This document shows, piece by piece, positions 1 through 8,579 of a stretch of DNA of 64,000 bases. Source of the stretch: Aequorivita sp. (lineage in GTDB: Bacteria > Bacteroidota > Bacteroidia > Flavobacteriales > Flavobacteriaceae). The DNA lies in the NCBI GenBank assembly GCA_020435825.1, contig JAGQYY010000006.1, forward strand, positions 517-64,516. Direction: 5' to 3'. Numbering within the stretch: the first letter of the stretch is position 1; every line of letters starts with the position of its first letter. The position numbers and the translations under genes were made by a program. The notes under the pieces were generated by a model, which saw only the letters and a program-made list of their open reading frames with translations, did not search any database and was not told where the DNA came from.

Positions 1-45
1 AGATTAAGGTCAATTCAATTCGTTCTATAAGCGTAATTGATAAAT

Positions 46-250
46 CGGTCACTGAGCATAGTCGAAGTGTGGCGTGCCCCTTCGGGTCGGGCTTTCCGCT
101 GCAATCTTTTTAATTTGTCACCTTGAGCGTGTCATACTGAGCGCAGTCGAAGTGCAGTCGAAAGGTCGCTAACAAATTAAAAAGGATGAAGTTTACCCTA
201 AGCGGAGTCGAAGGGATACAATCCCTGCCTGCCCGTGGGCAGGCCTCACG
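46..250. repeat. Nested cluster of REP-like palindromes within a MITE-like frame
   Basis: CTGAGCnnAGTCGAAG-type units at 46-69, 116-165 (inner copy at 130-154) and 192-215; CCTGCC palindrome at 224-243; frame GGCGTGCCCC...TCGGGCTTTCCGCT (71-100) to ATC|CCTCACGC (221-251). Confidence 0.8.
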
Positions 251-281
251 CAAATTTGAACTTAAAATTAAAATTCAAGAA

Positions 282-1295
282 ATGAATAAAATAGAACAAG
301 CACTTCAAAATAGAATCCTCATCCTCGATGGCGCAATGGGAACGATGTTACAGCGCTATAAATTTTCGGAGGAGGATTTCCGTGGCGAACGTTTCAAGAA
401 TTTTCTTAAATCGGTAAAGGGGAACAATGATTTGCTGTCGCTGACCCAACCGCAGGCAATCGCCGAAATCCATTCAAAATATTTTGCGGCAGGTGCCGAT
501 ATTGTGGAAACCAACACCTTTTCCAGCACCACAATTGCAATGGCGGATTACGATATGCAGGATTTGGTGTATGAACTCAATTACGAATCCGCTAAAATCG
601 CGAAAAAAGTAGCGGATGAATTCACTGCAAAAGAACAGCACAAGCCACGTTTTGTAGCCGGAGCCATCGGCCCAACCAACAAAACTGCAAGCATGAGCCC
701 AGATGTTAACGATCCCGGTTTTCGGGCAATTTCCTTTGAGGAATTGCGCGTTGCCTACAAACAACAGGCCGAAGCCTTGATTGACGGCGGCGTGGACATT
801 CTTTTGGTAGAAACTATTTTTGATACGCTGAACGCAAAAGCAGCACTTTTTGCAATTGATGAAATAAAGGAAGAACGAAATCTCGACATCCCCATAATGA
901 TAAGCGGAACGATTACCGATGCTTCCGGAAGAACGCTTTCCGGCCAAACGGCGGAGGCATTTTTGATTTCAATCTCGCACATTCCACTTTTGAGCGTGGG
1001 TTTCAATTGTGCCTTGGGCGCCAAACAACTCACGCCCCATTTGGAAGTGATTGCAAACCGCACCAATCTTGCAACAAGTGCCTATCCAAATGCAGGTTTG
1101 CCAAATGCATTTGGGGAATACGATGAAAGTCCGAAGCAAATGGCTGAACAAGTGAAAGAATATTTAGACAAACAGTTGGTGAACATCATCGGCGGTTGCT
1201 GCGGCACCACGCCCGAACACATAAAACTGATTGCCGAAATCGCTTCCAAATACAAACCCCGATCTGTTTTTAATACTGAAAAAACCGCGGTATGA
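282..1295 (+). CDS. metH: Methionine synthase N-terminal module (homocysteine S-methyltransferase domain), split MetH
   Basis: ILILDGAMGTMLQ, GFNCALG and GGCCGTTPEHI motifs; start moved to ATG 282 because the ORF-track extension from 186 is translated repeat DNA. Confidence 0.93.
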   Translation: MNKIEQALQNRILILDGAMGTMLQRYKFSEEDFRGERFKNFLKSVKGNNDLLSLTQPQAIAEIHSKYFAAGADIVETNTFSSTTIAMADYDMQDLVYELNYESAKIAKKVADEFTAKEQHKPRFVAGAIGPTNKTASMSPDVNDPGFRAISFEELRVAYKQQAEALIDGGVDILLVETIFDTLNAKAALFAIDEIKEERNLDIPIMISGTITDASGRTLSGQTAEAFLISISHIPLLSVGFNCALGAKQLTPHLEVIANRTNLATSAYPNAGLPNAFGEYDESPKQMAEQVKEYLDKQLVNIIGGCCGTTPEHIKLIAEIASKYKPRSVFNTEKTAV

Positions 1296-2254
1296 TTCCT
1301 ACAAAACAAGAAGTTGAAGCAGCTTGTGAACGTGTAAAACCTTACGTTCACAATACGCCTGTTTTAAAATCTTCTTATGTAAATGAACTTTCCGGTGCTG
1401 CGGTTTTTTTCAAATGCGAGAATTTTCAAAAGATGGGAGCCTTTAAAATGCGGGGCGCAACCAATGCCATTTTACAGGCCTGCCTGCCGAACGGGCAGGT
1501 ATCCGAAGCACAAAAAAAAGCAGGGGTCGTAACACATTCCTCGGGGAATTTTGCACAAGCTCTTTCGTTGGCGGCAAAAAATCTGGGTGTAAAAGCCTAT
1601 ATCGTGATGCCAGAAAATGCGCCACAAGTGAAAAAGGAAGCTGTAAAAGGCTATGGTGGAATTATCACGGAATCCGAATCAACGCCAATCGCCCGTGAAA
1701 ACGAAGCCGAACGAATCCAAAAAGAAACAGGTGCCACGTTCATCCATCCGTCAAACGATAGAAATGTAATTCTTGGCAATGCCACCTGTGCAGCGGAATT
1801 GTTACAATTACAACCCGATCTCGATTATATTTTCGCACCCGTCGGTGGTGGTGGATTGATTGCCGGCACGTCGCTTTCGGTTAACTATTTCGGCACTAAT
1901 TGCAAAACGATCGGCGGCGAACCTTTTGAAGTTGACGACGCTTTCCGAAGCCTTCAATCTGGAAAAATAGAATGCAACGAAACCACAAATACAATCGCCG
2001 ACGGACTTAAAACTTTTCTCGGCGATGTAAATTTTCCAATAATAAAAAAATTGGTTTCAGAAATAATACGAGTGGAGGAAACCGAAATCATTGCAGCAAT
2101 GAAACTCATTTGGGAGCGAATGAAAATAATCGTTGAGCCTAGCAGTGCCGTTGCTTTTGCTGCTCTGCTTCGCGATAAGGAACGGTTTAAAAATAAAAAA
2201 GTGGGAATTATTATTTCCGGAGGAAATGTGGATTTAAAAAATTTGTCGTTTTGA
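1292..2254 (+). CDS. PLP-dependent serine/threonine dehydratase / serine racemase family enzyme
   Basis: FKCENFQKMGAFKMRGA (PLP lysine), SSGNFAQA, PVGGGGLIAG, IISGGNVD; carries a 7-codon palindromic insertion. Confidence 0.9.
   Translation: MIPTKQEVEAACERVKPYVHNTPVLKSSYVNELSGAAVFFKCENFQKMGAFKMRGATNAILQACLPNGQVSEAQKKAGVVTHSSGNFAQALSLAAKNLGVKAYIVMPENAPQVKKEAVKGYGGIITESESTPIARENEAERIQKETGATFIHPSNDRNVILGNATCAAELLQLQPDLDYIFAPVGGGGLIAGTSLSVNYFGTNCKTIGGEPFEVDDAFRSLQSGKIECNETTNTIADGLKTFLGDVNFPIIKKLVSEIIRVEETEIIAAMKLIWERMKIIVEPSSAVAFAALLRDKERFKNKKVGIIISGGNVDLKNLSF
1479..1499. repeat. 21-bp CCTGCC-family palindrome inserted in frame
   Basis: CCTGCCTGCCGAACGGGCAGG; related to 224-243 and 56594-56613. 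Confidence 0.8.
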
Positions 2255-2258
2255 AAAA

Positions 2259-2312
2259 CTCTGTGCTCTCTGTGCCTTATTTTTCCAGCACAAAGGCACA
2301 GAGGACACAAAG
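2259..2312. repeat. Imperfect inverted repeat of CTCTGTG units
   Basis: CTCTGTGCTCTCTGTGCCTT (2259-2278) versus AAGGCACAGAGGACACAAAG (2293-2312), 17/20 complementary. Confidence 0.7.
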
Positions 2313-2332
2313 GAAAATATGATATGACGAGG

Positions 2333-2410
2333 CCTTCGACAAGCTCAGGCTGACAAATAAATTATAAAATAATATTTGAAAAGCAGTGTCACGCTGAGCT
2401 TGTCGAAGCG
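2333..2410. repeat. Inverted pair of REP-like units
   Basis: CCTTCGACAAGCTCAGGCTGACA (2333-2355) and TGTCACGCTGAGCTTGTCGAAGCG (2387-2410); same family as 46-215. Confidence 0.85.
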
Positions 2411-2433
2411 CTGCTGAAGTTAGTTAGAATTAA

Positions 2434-5400
2434 ATGATTGTTGAAAATAAAAAATATTTAAAATTATCAGGCTTAGAGCCCCTTATAATCACTCCCGAAA
2501 GCAATTTCATAAATGTGGGCGAGCGCACTAATGTGGCAGGTTCAAAGAAATTTCTTCGACTCATAAAGCAACGGAATTTTGAAGAGGCACTTTCCGTAGC
2601 CCGCGAGCAAGTGGAAAATGGCGCACAGATCATCGACGTGAATATGGACGATGGCTTGATTGACGGCAAAGAAGCGATGGTAAAATTTTTGAACCTCGTG
2701 ATTGCCGAACCCGATATTTCCAAAGTGCCAATAATGATTGACAGCAGCAAGTGGGAAATTATTGAAGCCGGACTGCAAGTTGTTCAAGGCAAATGTGTAG
2801 TAAATTCCATTAGTTTAAAAGAGGGCGAAGCAGAATTTATACACCACGCAAAACTCATAAAACGCTACGGTGCCGCGGTAATCGTGATGGCTTTTGACGA
2901 AGTGGGCCAGGCCGATAATTACGACCGAAGGATTGAAATCGCAAAACGATCGTATGATATTTTGGTGAACCAAGTAAAATTTGCGCCCGAGGACATTATT
3001 TTCGATTTAAACATTTTTCCGGTCGCAACGGGCATGGAAGAGCATCGCAGAAACGCGGTCGATTTTATCGAGGCCACGCGCTGGGTTCGGGAAAATCTTC
3101 CGCATGTGAGTGTGAGCGGTGGTGTGAGCAATGTTTCCTTTAGTTTCCGTGGAAATGATCCCGTGCGGGAGGCGATGCATTCGGTGTTTTTGTACCACGC
3201 GATTAAGGCTGGGATGAACATCGGGATTGTAAATCCGGCGATGTTGGCGGTTTATGATGATATTCCAAAAGATCTTTTGGAGCGTGTTGAAGACGTTATG
3301 CTCGACCGCCGTGATGATGCTACGGAACGATTATTGGATTTCGCCGAAACCGTAAAAGGCACCGCAAAGGAAAGTAAAATTGATCTTTCGTGGCGTGAAG
3401 AACCTTTACAAAACCGAATTACAAGGGCTTTGGTAAAAGGAATTGACGAATTTGTTATAGAAGATATTGAAGAAGCTCGCCAAAGCGTTTCTAAGCCCAT
3501 AGAAGTGATCGAAGGACATTTAATGACGGGGATGAACGTGGTTGGCGACCTTTTTGGCAGTGGAAAAATGTTTTTGCCACAGGTGGTGAAAAGTGCGAGG
3601 GTTATGAAAAAAGCGGTTGCATATTTACTTCCATATATTGAGGAAGAAAAAAAAGCCCCCCTGTCCCCCAAAGGGGGGGGCTCCCAACTGGACGAAAAAA
3701 AATCTGGAAAAAAAGGTTATAATTGGAAAACGGCAGACCCAATGCTATATGGGTTGATGAAGGATTTTGCGAAAAAAATGCGCAGTATACCCACAGATGC
3801 CGAACGGATACTGTGGAATTTATTACGAGGAAAAAATCTTGAAGGTTATAAATTTCGAAGGCAACATATTATCGGTTCGTATATAGCAGATTTTATTTGC
3901 TTAAAGGAAAATCTAATAATTGAAATAGATGGATTAATACATCAACTTCCAGATCACAAGCTAAGCGACCGAGAAAGAACAAATTGGCTTGAGAAGAAAG
4001 GATATAAAGTAATCCGTTTTACAAATGAAGAAGTATTCAAAAATACAGATAAAGTCCTCGAAACAATACTAAAAAGATTAAAAGAACTTTCCTCAGAAAG
4101 TAATCAACAGGATCCCCCTTTGGGGGGCAGGGGGGCTGGAGTTATATTGATGGCGACCGTAAAAGGCGACGTTCACGACATTGGTAAAAACATTGTGGGT
4201 GTTGTTTTGGCGTGCAATAATTATGAAATAATCGATTTGGGCGTAATGGTGCCGCCTGAAAAAATAATCGCCGTCGCGAAAGAAGAAAACGTGGATGCCA
4301 TTGGTTTGAGTGGTTTGATAACACCTTCATTGGACGAAATGGTTTTTCTTGCGAAGGAAATGCAGCGACAAAACTTTAAAGTTCCGTTATTGATTGGCGG
4401 TGCAACCACGAGCCGAGCGCATACCGCGGTAAAAATTGATCCTGAGTACGAATGCGCTGTGGTGCATATAAACGATGCTTCGCGGGCGGTTACCGTGGTT
4501 GGCGATTTGCTGAAAAAGGAAACTTCGGAAACGTACAAAGAAAATCTGAAAAAAGAATACGACACTTTCAGAAAGGATTTTTTAAAGCGACAAAAAGTAA
4601 AAACCTATTTACCAATTTCCGAAGCGCGTAAAAATAAATTTAAAATTGACTGGAATACTTCAGAGATAGTGAAACCCAACAAACTTGGAGTTCAGATTTT
4701 AAATGATTTCGATTTAAATCTTTTATTGGATTATCTGGATTGGACGCCCTTTTTCCGCAGTTGGGAATTGCATGGTAAATATCCGAACATTCTGACAGAT
4801 GACGTGGTAGGCGAGCAAGCTTCGGAATTATTCAGAGACGCGCAACAAATGCTTCAAAAAATAATTTCAGAAAAACTGTTGACAGCGCGCGCCGTTTTTG
4901 GAATTTTTGAGGCAAACGCAATAGATGACGATGATATAATAATTCAGAATTCAGAATTCAGAATTCAGAATTATTTTTTCAGAACCCTTCGCCAACAATC
5001 GCAAAAAGCAAAAGGAAAACCCAACATCGCTTTGGCCGATTTTATTGCGCCAAAAGAAACAGGTATTCAGGATTATATTGGATGTTTTTGTGTGAGCGCA
5101 GGTTTTGGAACGGCAGAACTGGCTGCCAAATATGTTGCGGGGCACGATGATTACAACGCAATTATGGTAAAAGCTTTGGCAGACCGCTTGGCCGAAGCCT
5201 TTGCGGAATATCTTCACAAAGAAGTGCGCACCAATTATTGGGGTTACGCTTGCGAAGAAAATCTTTCAAACGAAGACTTGATTTCAGAAAAATATAAAGG
5301 AATTCGCCCAGCGCCCGGTTATCCCGCCTGTCCGGATCATTTGGAAAAACGCACTATTTGGAAAGTTTTAAGCGTGAAAGAGAACATTGGCGTTGAATTG

Positions 5401-5580
5401 ACAGAGCATTTGGCAATGTGGCCCGCCGCCTCGGTTTCGGGGTATTATTTTGCCAATCCCGAAGCGCGCTATTTTGGCCTTGGAAAGATTAAGGAAGATC
5501 AAATTGAAGATTTCGCAAAGCGAAAAAATATGAATTTAGAAGAGGCCACAAATTGGCTGAAAACAAACATGGCCCCCTAA
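2434..5580 (+). CDS. metH: Methionine synthase C-terminal module (pterin-binding, B12 cap, B12-binding and reactivation domains) with in-frame DUF559 insertion
   Basis: [39 protein letters not shown] (B12 DxHxxG), [12 protein letters not shown]. Confidence 0.95.
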   Translation: MIVENKKYLKLSGLEPLIITPESNFINVGERTNVAGSKKFLRLIKQRNFEEALSVAREQVENGAQIIDVNMDDGLIDGKEAMVKFLNLVIAEPDISKVPIMIDSSKWEIIEAGLQVVQGKCVVNSISLKEGEAEFIHHAKLIKRYGAAVIVMAFDEVGQADNYDRRIEIAKRSYDILVNQVKFAPEDIIFDLNIFPVATGMEEHRRNAVDFIEATRWVRENLPHVSVSGGVSNVSFSFRGNDPVREAMHSVFLYHAIKAGMNIGIVNPAMLAVYDDIPKDLLERVEDVMLDRRDDATERLLDFAETVKGTAKESKIDLSWREEPLQNRITRALVKGIDEFVIEDIEEARQSVSKPIEVIEGHLMTGMNVVGDLFGSGKMFLPQVVKSARVMKKAVAYLLPYIEEEKKAPLSPKGGGSQLDEKKSGKKGYNWKTADPMLYGLMKDFAKKMRSIPTDAERILWNLLRGKNLEGYKFRRQHIIGSYIADFICLKENLIIEIDGLIHQLPDHKLSDRERTNWLEKKGYKVIRFTNEEVFKNTDKVLETILKRLKELSSESNQQDPPLGGRGAGVILMATVKGDVHDIGKNIVGVVLACNNYEIIDLGVMVPPEKIIAVAKEENVDAIGLSGLITPSLDEMVFLAKEMQRQNFKVPLLIGGATTSRAHTAVKIDPEYECAVVHINDASRAVTVVGDLLKKETSETYKENLKKEYDTFRKDFLKRQKVKTYLPISEARKNKFKIDWNTSEIVKPNKLGVQILNDFDLNLLLDYLDWTPFFRSWELHGKYPNILTDDVVGEQASELFRDAQQMLQKIISEKLLTARAVFGIFEANAIDDDDIIIQNSEFRIQNYFFRTLRQQSQKAKGKPNIALADFIAPKETGIQDYIGCFCVSAGFGTAELAAKYVAGHDDYNAIMVKALADRLAEAFAEYLHKEVRTNYWGYACEENLSNEDLISEKYKGIRPAPGYPACPDHLEKRTIWKVLSVKENIGVELTEHLAMWPAASVSGYYFANPEARYFGLGKIKEDQIEDFAKRKNMNLEEATNWLKTNMAP
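3654..4137 (+). mobile_element. Inverted-repeat-bounded DUF559 (Vsr-like) endonuclease cassette inserted in frame in metH
   Basis: Left end AGCCCCCCTGTCCCCCAAAGGGGG (3654-3677); reverse complement of right end (4114-4137) is AGCCCCCCTGCCCCCCAAAGGGGG, 23/24 identical; interior encodes [30 protein letters not shown]...GY.VIRF. Confidence 0.85.
4941..4972 (+). repeat. (AATTCAG)4 tandem heptamer inside metH
   Basis: AATTCAG x4 plus AATT, translated [10 protein letters not shown]. Confidence 0.9.
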
Positions 5581-5727
5581 ATCCCCCGAAGGGGGACTTT
5601 TATAAGATTAATAAAATAAAATAGTAAAATTTATGAATATGGAAACATACATCAATAATATATTAACCACGCCATCTTCTCCCTTTGGGGGCAAGGGGGC
5701 TTTTCCCCCTTTGGGGGTTAGGGGGCT
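5572..5727. mobile_element. Nuclease-free (MITE-like) relative of the metH element ends
   Basis: Left-type end GCCCCCTAAATCCCCCGAAGGGGG (5572-5595); two right-type ends CTCCCTTTGGGGGCAAGGGGGCT (5679-5701) and CCCCCTTTGGGGGTTAGGGGGCT (5705-5727). Confidence 0.75.
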
Positions 5728-6684
5728 ATGAAAGTTACAGAGCACATAAAAAACGGCAACGGGAAAACACAATTTTCGTTTGAGATTTTACCTCCTTTAA
5801 AAGGTGAAAACATACATTCCATATTTGAGAATATTGATCCGTTGATGGAGTTTAAACCACCTTATATAAATGTAACGTATCACCGGGAGGAATATGTTTT
5901 TAAGGAATTGAAAGAAGGTTTGATCGAAAAGAAGATTGTTCGCAAACGTCCGGGAACGGTTGGGATTTGTGCTGCGATACAGAATAAATACCATGTAGAT
6001 GCCGTACCGCATATTCTTTGTGGTGGGTTTAACAAAGAGGAAACCGAAAACTTCTTGATCGATCTTCAGTTTTTGGGTATCGATAACGTCATGGCACTTC
6101 GAGGCGATGCGGTAAAAAGTGAAACCTATTTCACACCGGAAAAAAACGGACATAAATTTGCGGGCGACCTGGTTTCGCAAATTCGTGATTTAAACAAAGG
6201 ACTGTATCTGGACGATGAGCTTCAAAATACAAGCCCAACGGATTTTTGCATAGGTGTGGCTGGTTATCCCGAAAAACACATGGAAGCACCCAGTAGCGAG
6301 AGCGATATCCATTTCCTGAAAAAGAAAATAAAAAACGGTGCAGAATATATTGTTACCCAAATGTTTTTTGACAATGAAAAGTATTTCAATTTTGTTGAAA
6401 AATGCAGAGCGGAAGGGATTACAGTGCCTATTATTCCGGGACTGAAACCAATTGCGGTAAAATCGCACCTAAACCTGATTCCGCATCGCTTTAAAGTAGA
6501 TTTGCCCGATGCACTTGTAAAAGAAGTTGTTAGGGCAAAGGATAACAAGGCCGTTCGGCAAATTGGAATTGATTGGTGCGTGCAGCAAAGCAAGGAACTT
6601 GTAAATGCGGGCGTACCCTTTCTTCACTATTATTCTATGGGGAAAAGCAGCAATATTAAAGAAATAGCTTCGCAGGTATTTTAA
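5728..6684 (+). CDS. metF: 5,10-methylenetetrahydrofolate reductase
   Basis: FSFEILPP, ALRGD, VAGYPEKH, IVTQMFFD motifs; directly follows metH. Confidence 0.95.
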   Translation: MKVTEHIKNGNGKTQFSFEILPPLKGENIHSIFENIDPLMEFKPPYINVTYHREEYVFKELKEGLIEKKIVRKRPGTVGICAAIQNKYHVDAVPHILCGGFNKEETENFLIDLQFLGIDNVMALRGDAVKSETYFTPEKNGHKFAGDLVSQIRDLNKGLYLDDELQNTSPTDFCIGVAGYPEKHMEAPSSESDIHFLKKKIKNGAEYIVTQMFFDNEKYFNFVEKCRAEGITVPIIPGLKPIAVKSHLNLIPHRFKVDLPDALVKEVVRAKDNKAVRQIGIDWCVQQSKELVNAGVPFLHYYSMGKSSNIKEIASQVF

Positions 6685-6704
6685 GATTGCTTTATTTTGC
6701 GGCG

Positions 6705-7796
6705 ATGTCCCGAAATGCGTTTTTAGTGTTTTTTCTCACGACTTCCTTTGTTTTTTCACAGAAAGAAAACAAGGATTTCTTTGTGGACGCCAATTATTTT
6801 TACGGAACTATTCTTCGGCACAATAAGGATATTTCACATTTGGTGAAAGCGCATCCCGATGGTTTCATTCTAGGTTTCAACCGAAAAACTTACGGAAATG
6901 AACGATGGCAGCAAGAGTACAATTACCCAGTCTGGGGGTTTTCATTTGTGCATCAAAACGCAAATTATGATGTGTTAGGCCAAAATTATGGACTGTACGG
7001 TCATTTCAATTTTTACTTTTTAAAACGAAATCTTTTCTTCCGAATTGGGCAGGGGATTGCATACAATACCAATCCGTTTGACTTGGAAACTAATTTCAAA
7101 AACAACGCTTACGGTAGCCATTTGTTAAGTTCTACCTATTTGTTGTTGAATTATAGCAAAAAAAATCTCTTTAAAAACTTCGGAGTGCAGGCGGGGATTG
7201 CCTTGGTGCATTATTCCAACGGAAATTTTAAGGCGCCAAATTCAAGCACGAATGCTTTCACGTTAAATGTGGGCGTACAATATGCTTTTGCTGATGAGAC
7301 TTCGGAATATATCTCCGATTCGCTTCCAAAGAAAATTTCAGAACCCATAAAATACAATTTTGTGCTTCGGGGAGGTTTGAATGAAAGTGATTATTTGAAT
7401 CTGGGTCAGCATCCGTTTTTTGTGGTTTCCGCTTTTGCAGACAAGCGATTGACTTATAAAAGTACGCTTCAGTTCGGTGCGGATTTTTTCTATCTGCCAT
7501 TTCTGAAAAAGGAAATAGAATACCTTTCCATTGCTTTTCCAAGCTCTGATGTTGAAGGTGATGAGGATTTTAAACGTGTTGGTATTTTTGCGGGCCATGA
7601 ATTGCACATCAACAAATTGGCGGTAGTTTCACAAATAGGCTATTATGTTTATTATCCGTATGATTTTGAGGGAAGAACGTATTTTCGTGTAGGCCTGAAA
7701 TATTATTTAACTGATAAACTTTTCAGCGCAATCACGTTAAAATCGCACGGTGCAAAAGTGGAAGGTGTGGAATTTGGCGTAGGAATTAGAATATAG
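6705..7796 (+). CDS. Outer-membrane beta-barrel, acyloxyacyl hydrolase / lipid A deacylase-like (copy 1)
   Basis: Signal peptide, HYSNGNFKAPN motif, C-terminal beta-strand; ATG 6705 preferred to TTG 6687. Confidence 0.7.
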   Translation: MSRNAFLVFFLTTSFVFSQKENKDFFVDANYFYGTILRHNKDISHLVKAHPDGFILGFNRKTYGNERWQQEYNYPVWGFSFVHQNANYDVLGQNYGLYGHFNFYFLKRNLFFRIGQGIAYNTNPFDLETNFKNNAYGSHLLSSTYLLLNYSKKNLFKNFGVQAGIALVHYSNGNFKAPNSSTNAFTLNVGVQYAFADETSEYISDSLPKKISEPIKYNFVLRGGLNESDYLNLGQHPFFVVSAFADKRLTYKSTLQFGADFFYLPFLKKEIEYLSIAFPSSDVEGDEDFKRVGIFAGHELHINKLAVVSQIGYYVYYPYDFEGRTYFRVGLKYYLTDKLFSAITLKSHGAKVEGVEFGVGIRI

Positions 7797-7799
7797 ATT

Positions 7800-8552
7800 A
7801 TGAAGAAGTTTCTTTTTGTTGGACTCATTTTTTTGTTGCTTTCGTGCGATTCCGAAAATGGCTGGGATTGTGTAAAAGCTGCAGGAGATTCAATTTTCAA
7901 AGAATATATTGTTTCGGAATTTTCAAAAATCAGGATTGAGGATGATGTTACCCTATACCTGAAACAAGGCGAAACACAACAAGTGAAACTTGAAACGGGC
8001 GAAAACCTTTTGAGTGATATTTCCGTAAGTGTTGAAGGTGAAACCTTGGTGGTGAAAAATCATAACAATTGCAATTTGGTGCGCGATTACGGAATTACAA
8101 AAGTTTTTGTAACAGCGCCAAACATTACTGAGATTAGAAACAGCTCAGCTTATGACGTTATTGGCGAAGGAATTTTAAATTATCCCGAACTCATTTTGGT
8201 AAGCAATAGTTCCCCAGGGCCGGAAACTATTAGAAAAAGTGGCGATTTTTATTTGAACATTAATAGCAATGAATTCCGTGTTATCGCCAATGGGCAAAGC
8301 GTTTTTTACATTACTGGTGAAACTGAAATGGCAACTTTAAGTTTTGAAGACGAAATGCCAAGATTTGAAGGTAAAGATTTAATGATAAACGAACTAACTG
8401 TTTTTCAAAGAAGTGCAAATAAAATGATAGTTAACCCACAACAAAGCATCATCGGAAAAATACTCGCAACGGGCGATATCATTAGTCACAACCGCCCTCG
8501 ATTGGTGGATGTAAAAGAATTATTCACTGGCAGGCTATTGTTTGAAGATTAG
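7800..8552 (+). CDS. Lipoprotein with head GIN / DUF2807-like domain (copy 1)
   Basis: Lipobox LLSC, ETGENL motif, paralog of 9720-10469. Confidence 0.7.
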   Translation: MKKFLFVGLIFLLLSCDSENGWDCVKAAGDSIFKEYIVSEFSKIRIEDDVTLYLKQGETQQVKLETGENLLSDISVSVEGETLVVKNHNNCNLVRDYGITKVFVTAPNITEIRNSSAYDVIGEGILNYPELILVSNSSPGPETIRKSGDFYLNINSNEFRVIANGQSVFYITGETEMATLSFEDEMPRFEGKDLMINELTVFQRSANKMIVNPQQSIIGKILATGDIISHNRPRLVDVKELFTGRLLFED

Positions 8553-8579
8553 TTTATCTTTACCGGCGTTGAAAAAAAT

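Noticed and set aside
186-281. N-terminal extension of the first metH ORF (MKFTLSGVEG...LPARGQA)
   Set aside because: It is translated repeat DNA; the recognisable protein and an A-rich leader begin at ATG 282.
46-2410. CRISPR array from the recurring GTCGAAG units
   Set aside because: Units are irregularly spaced, nested or inverted, have no uniform spacers, and no cas genes are present.
3654-4137. Intein or self-splicing intron explanation for the metH insert
   Set aside because: No Cys/Ser start, no His-Asn end, no Hint motifs; the frame is open throughout and bounded by DNA inverted repeats.
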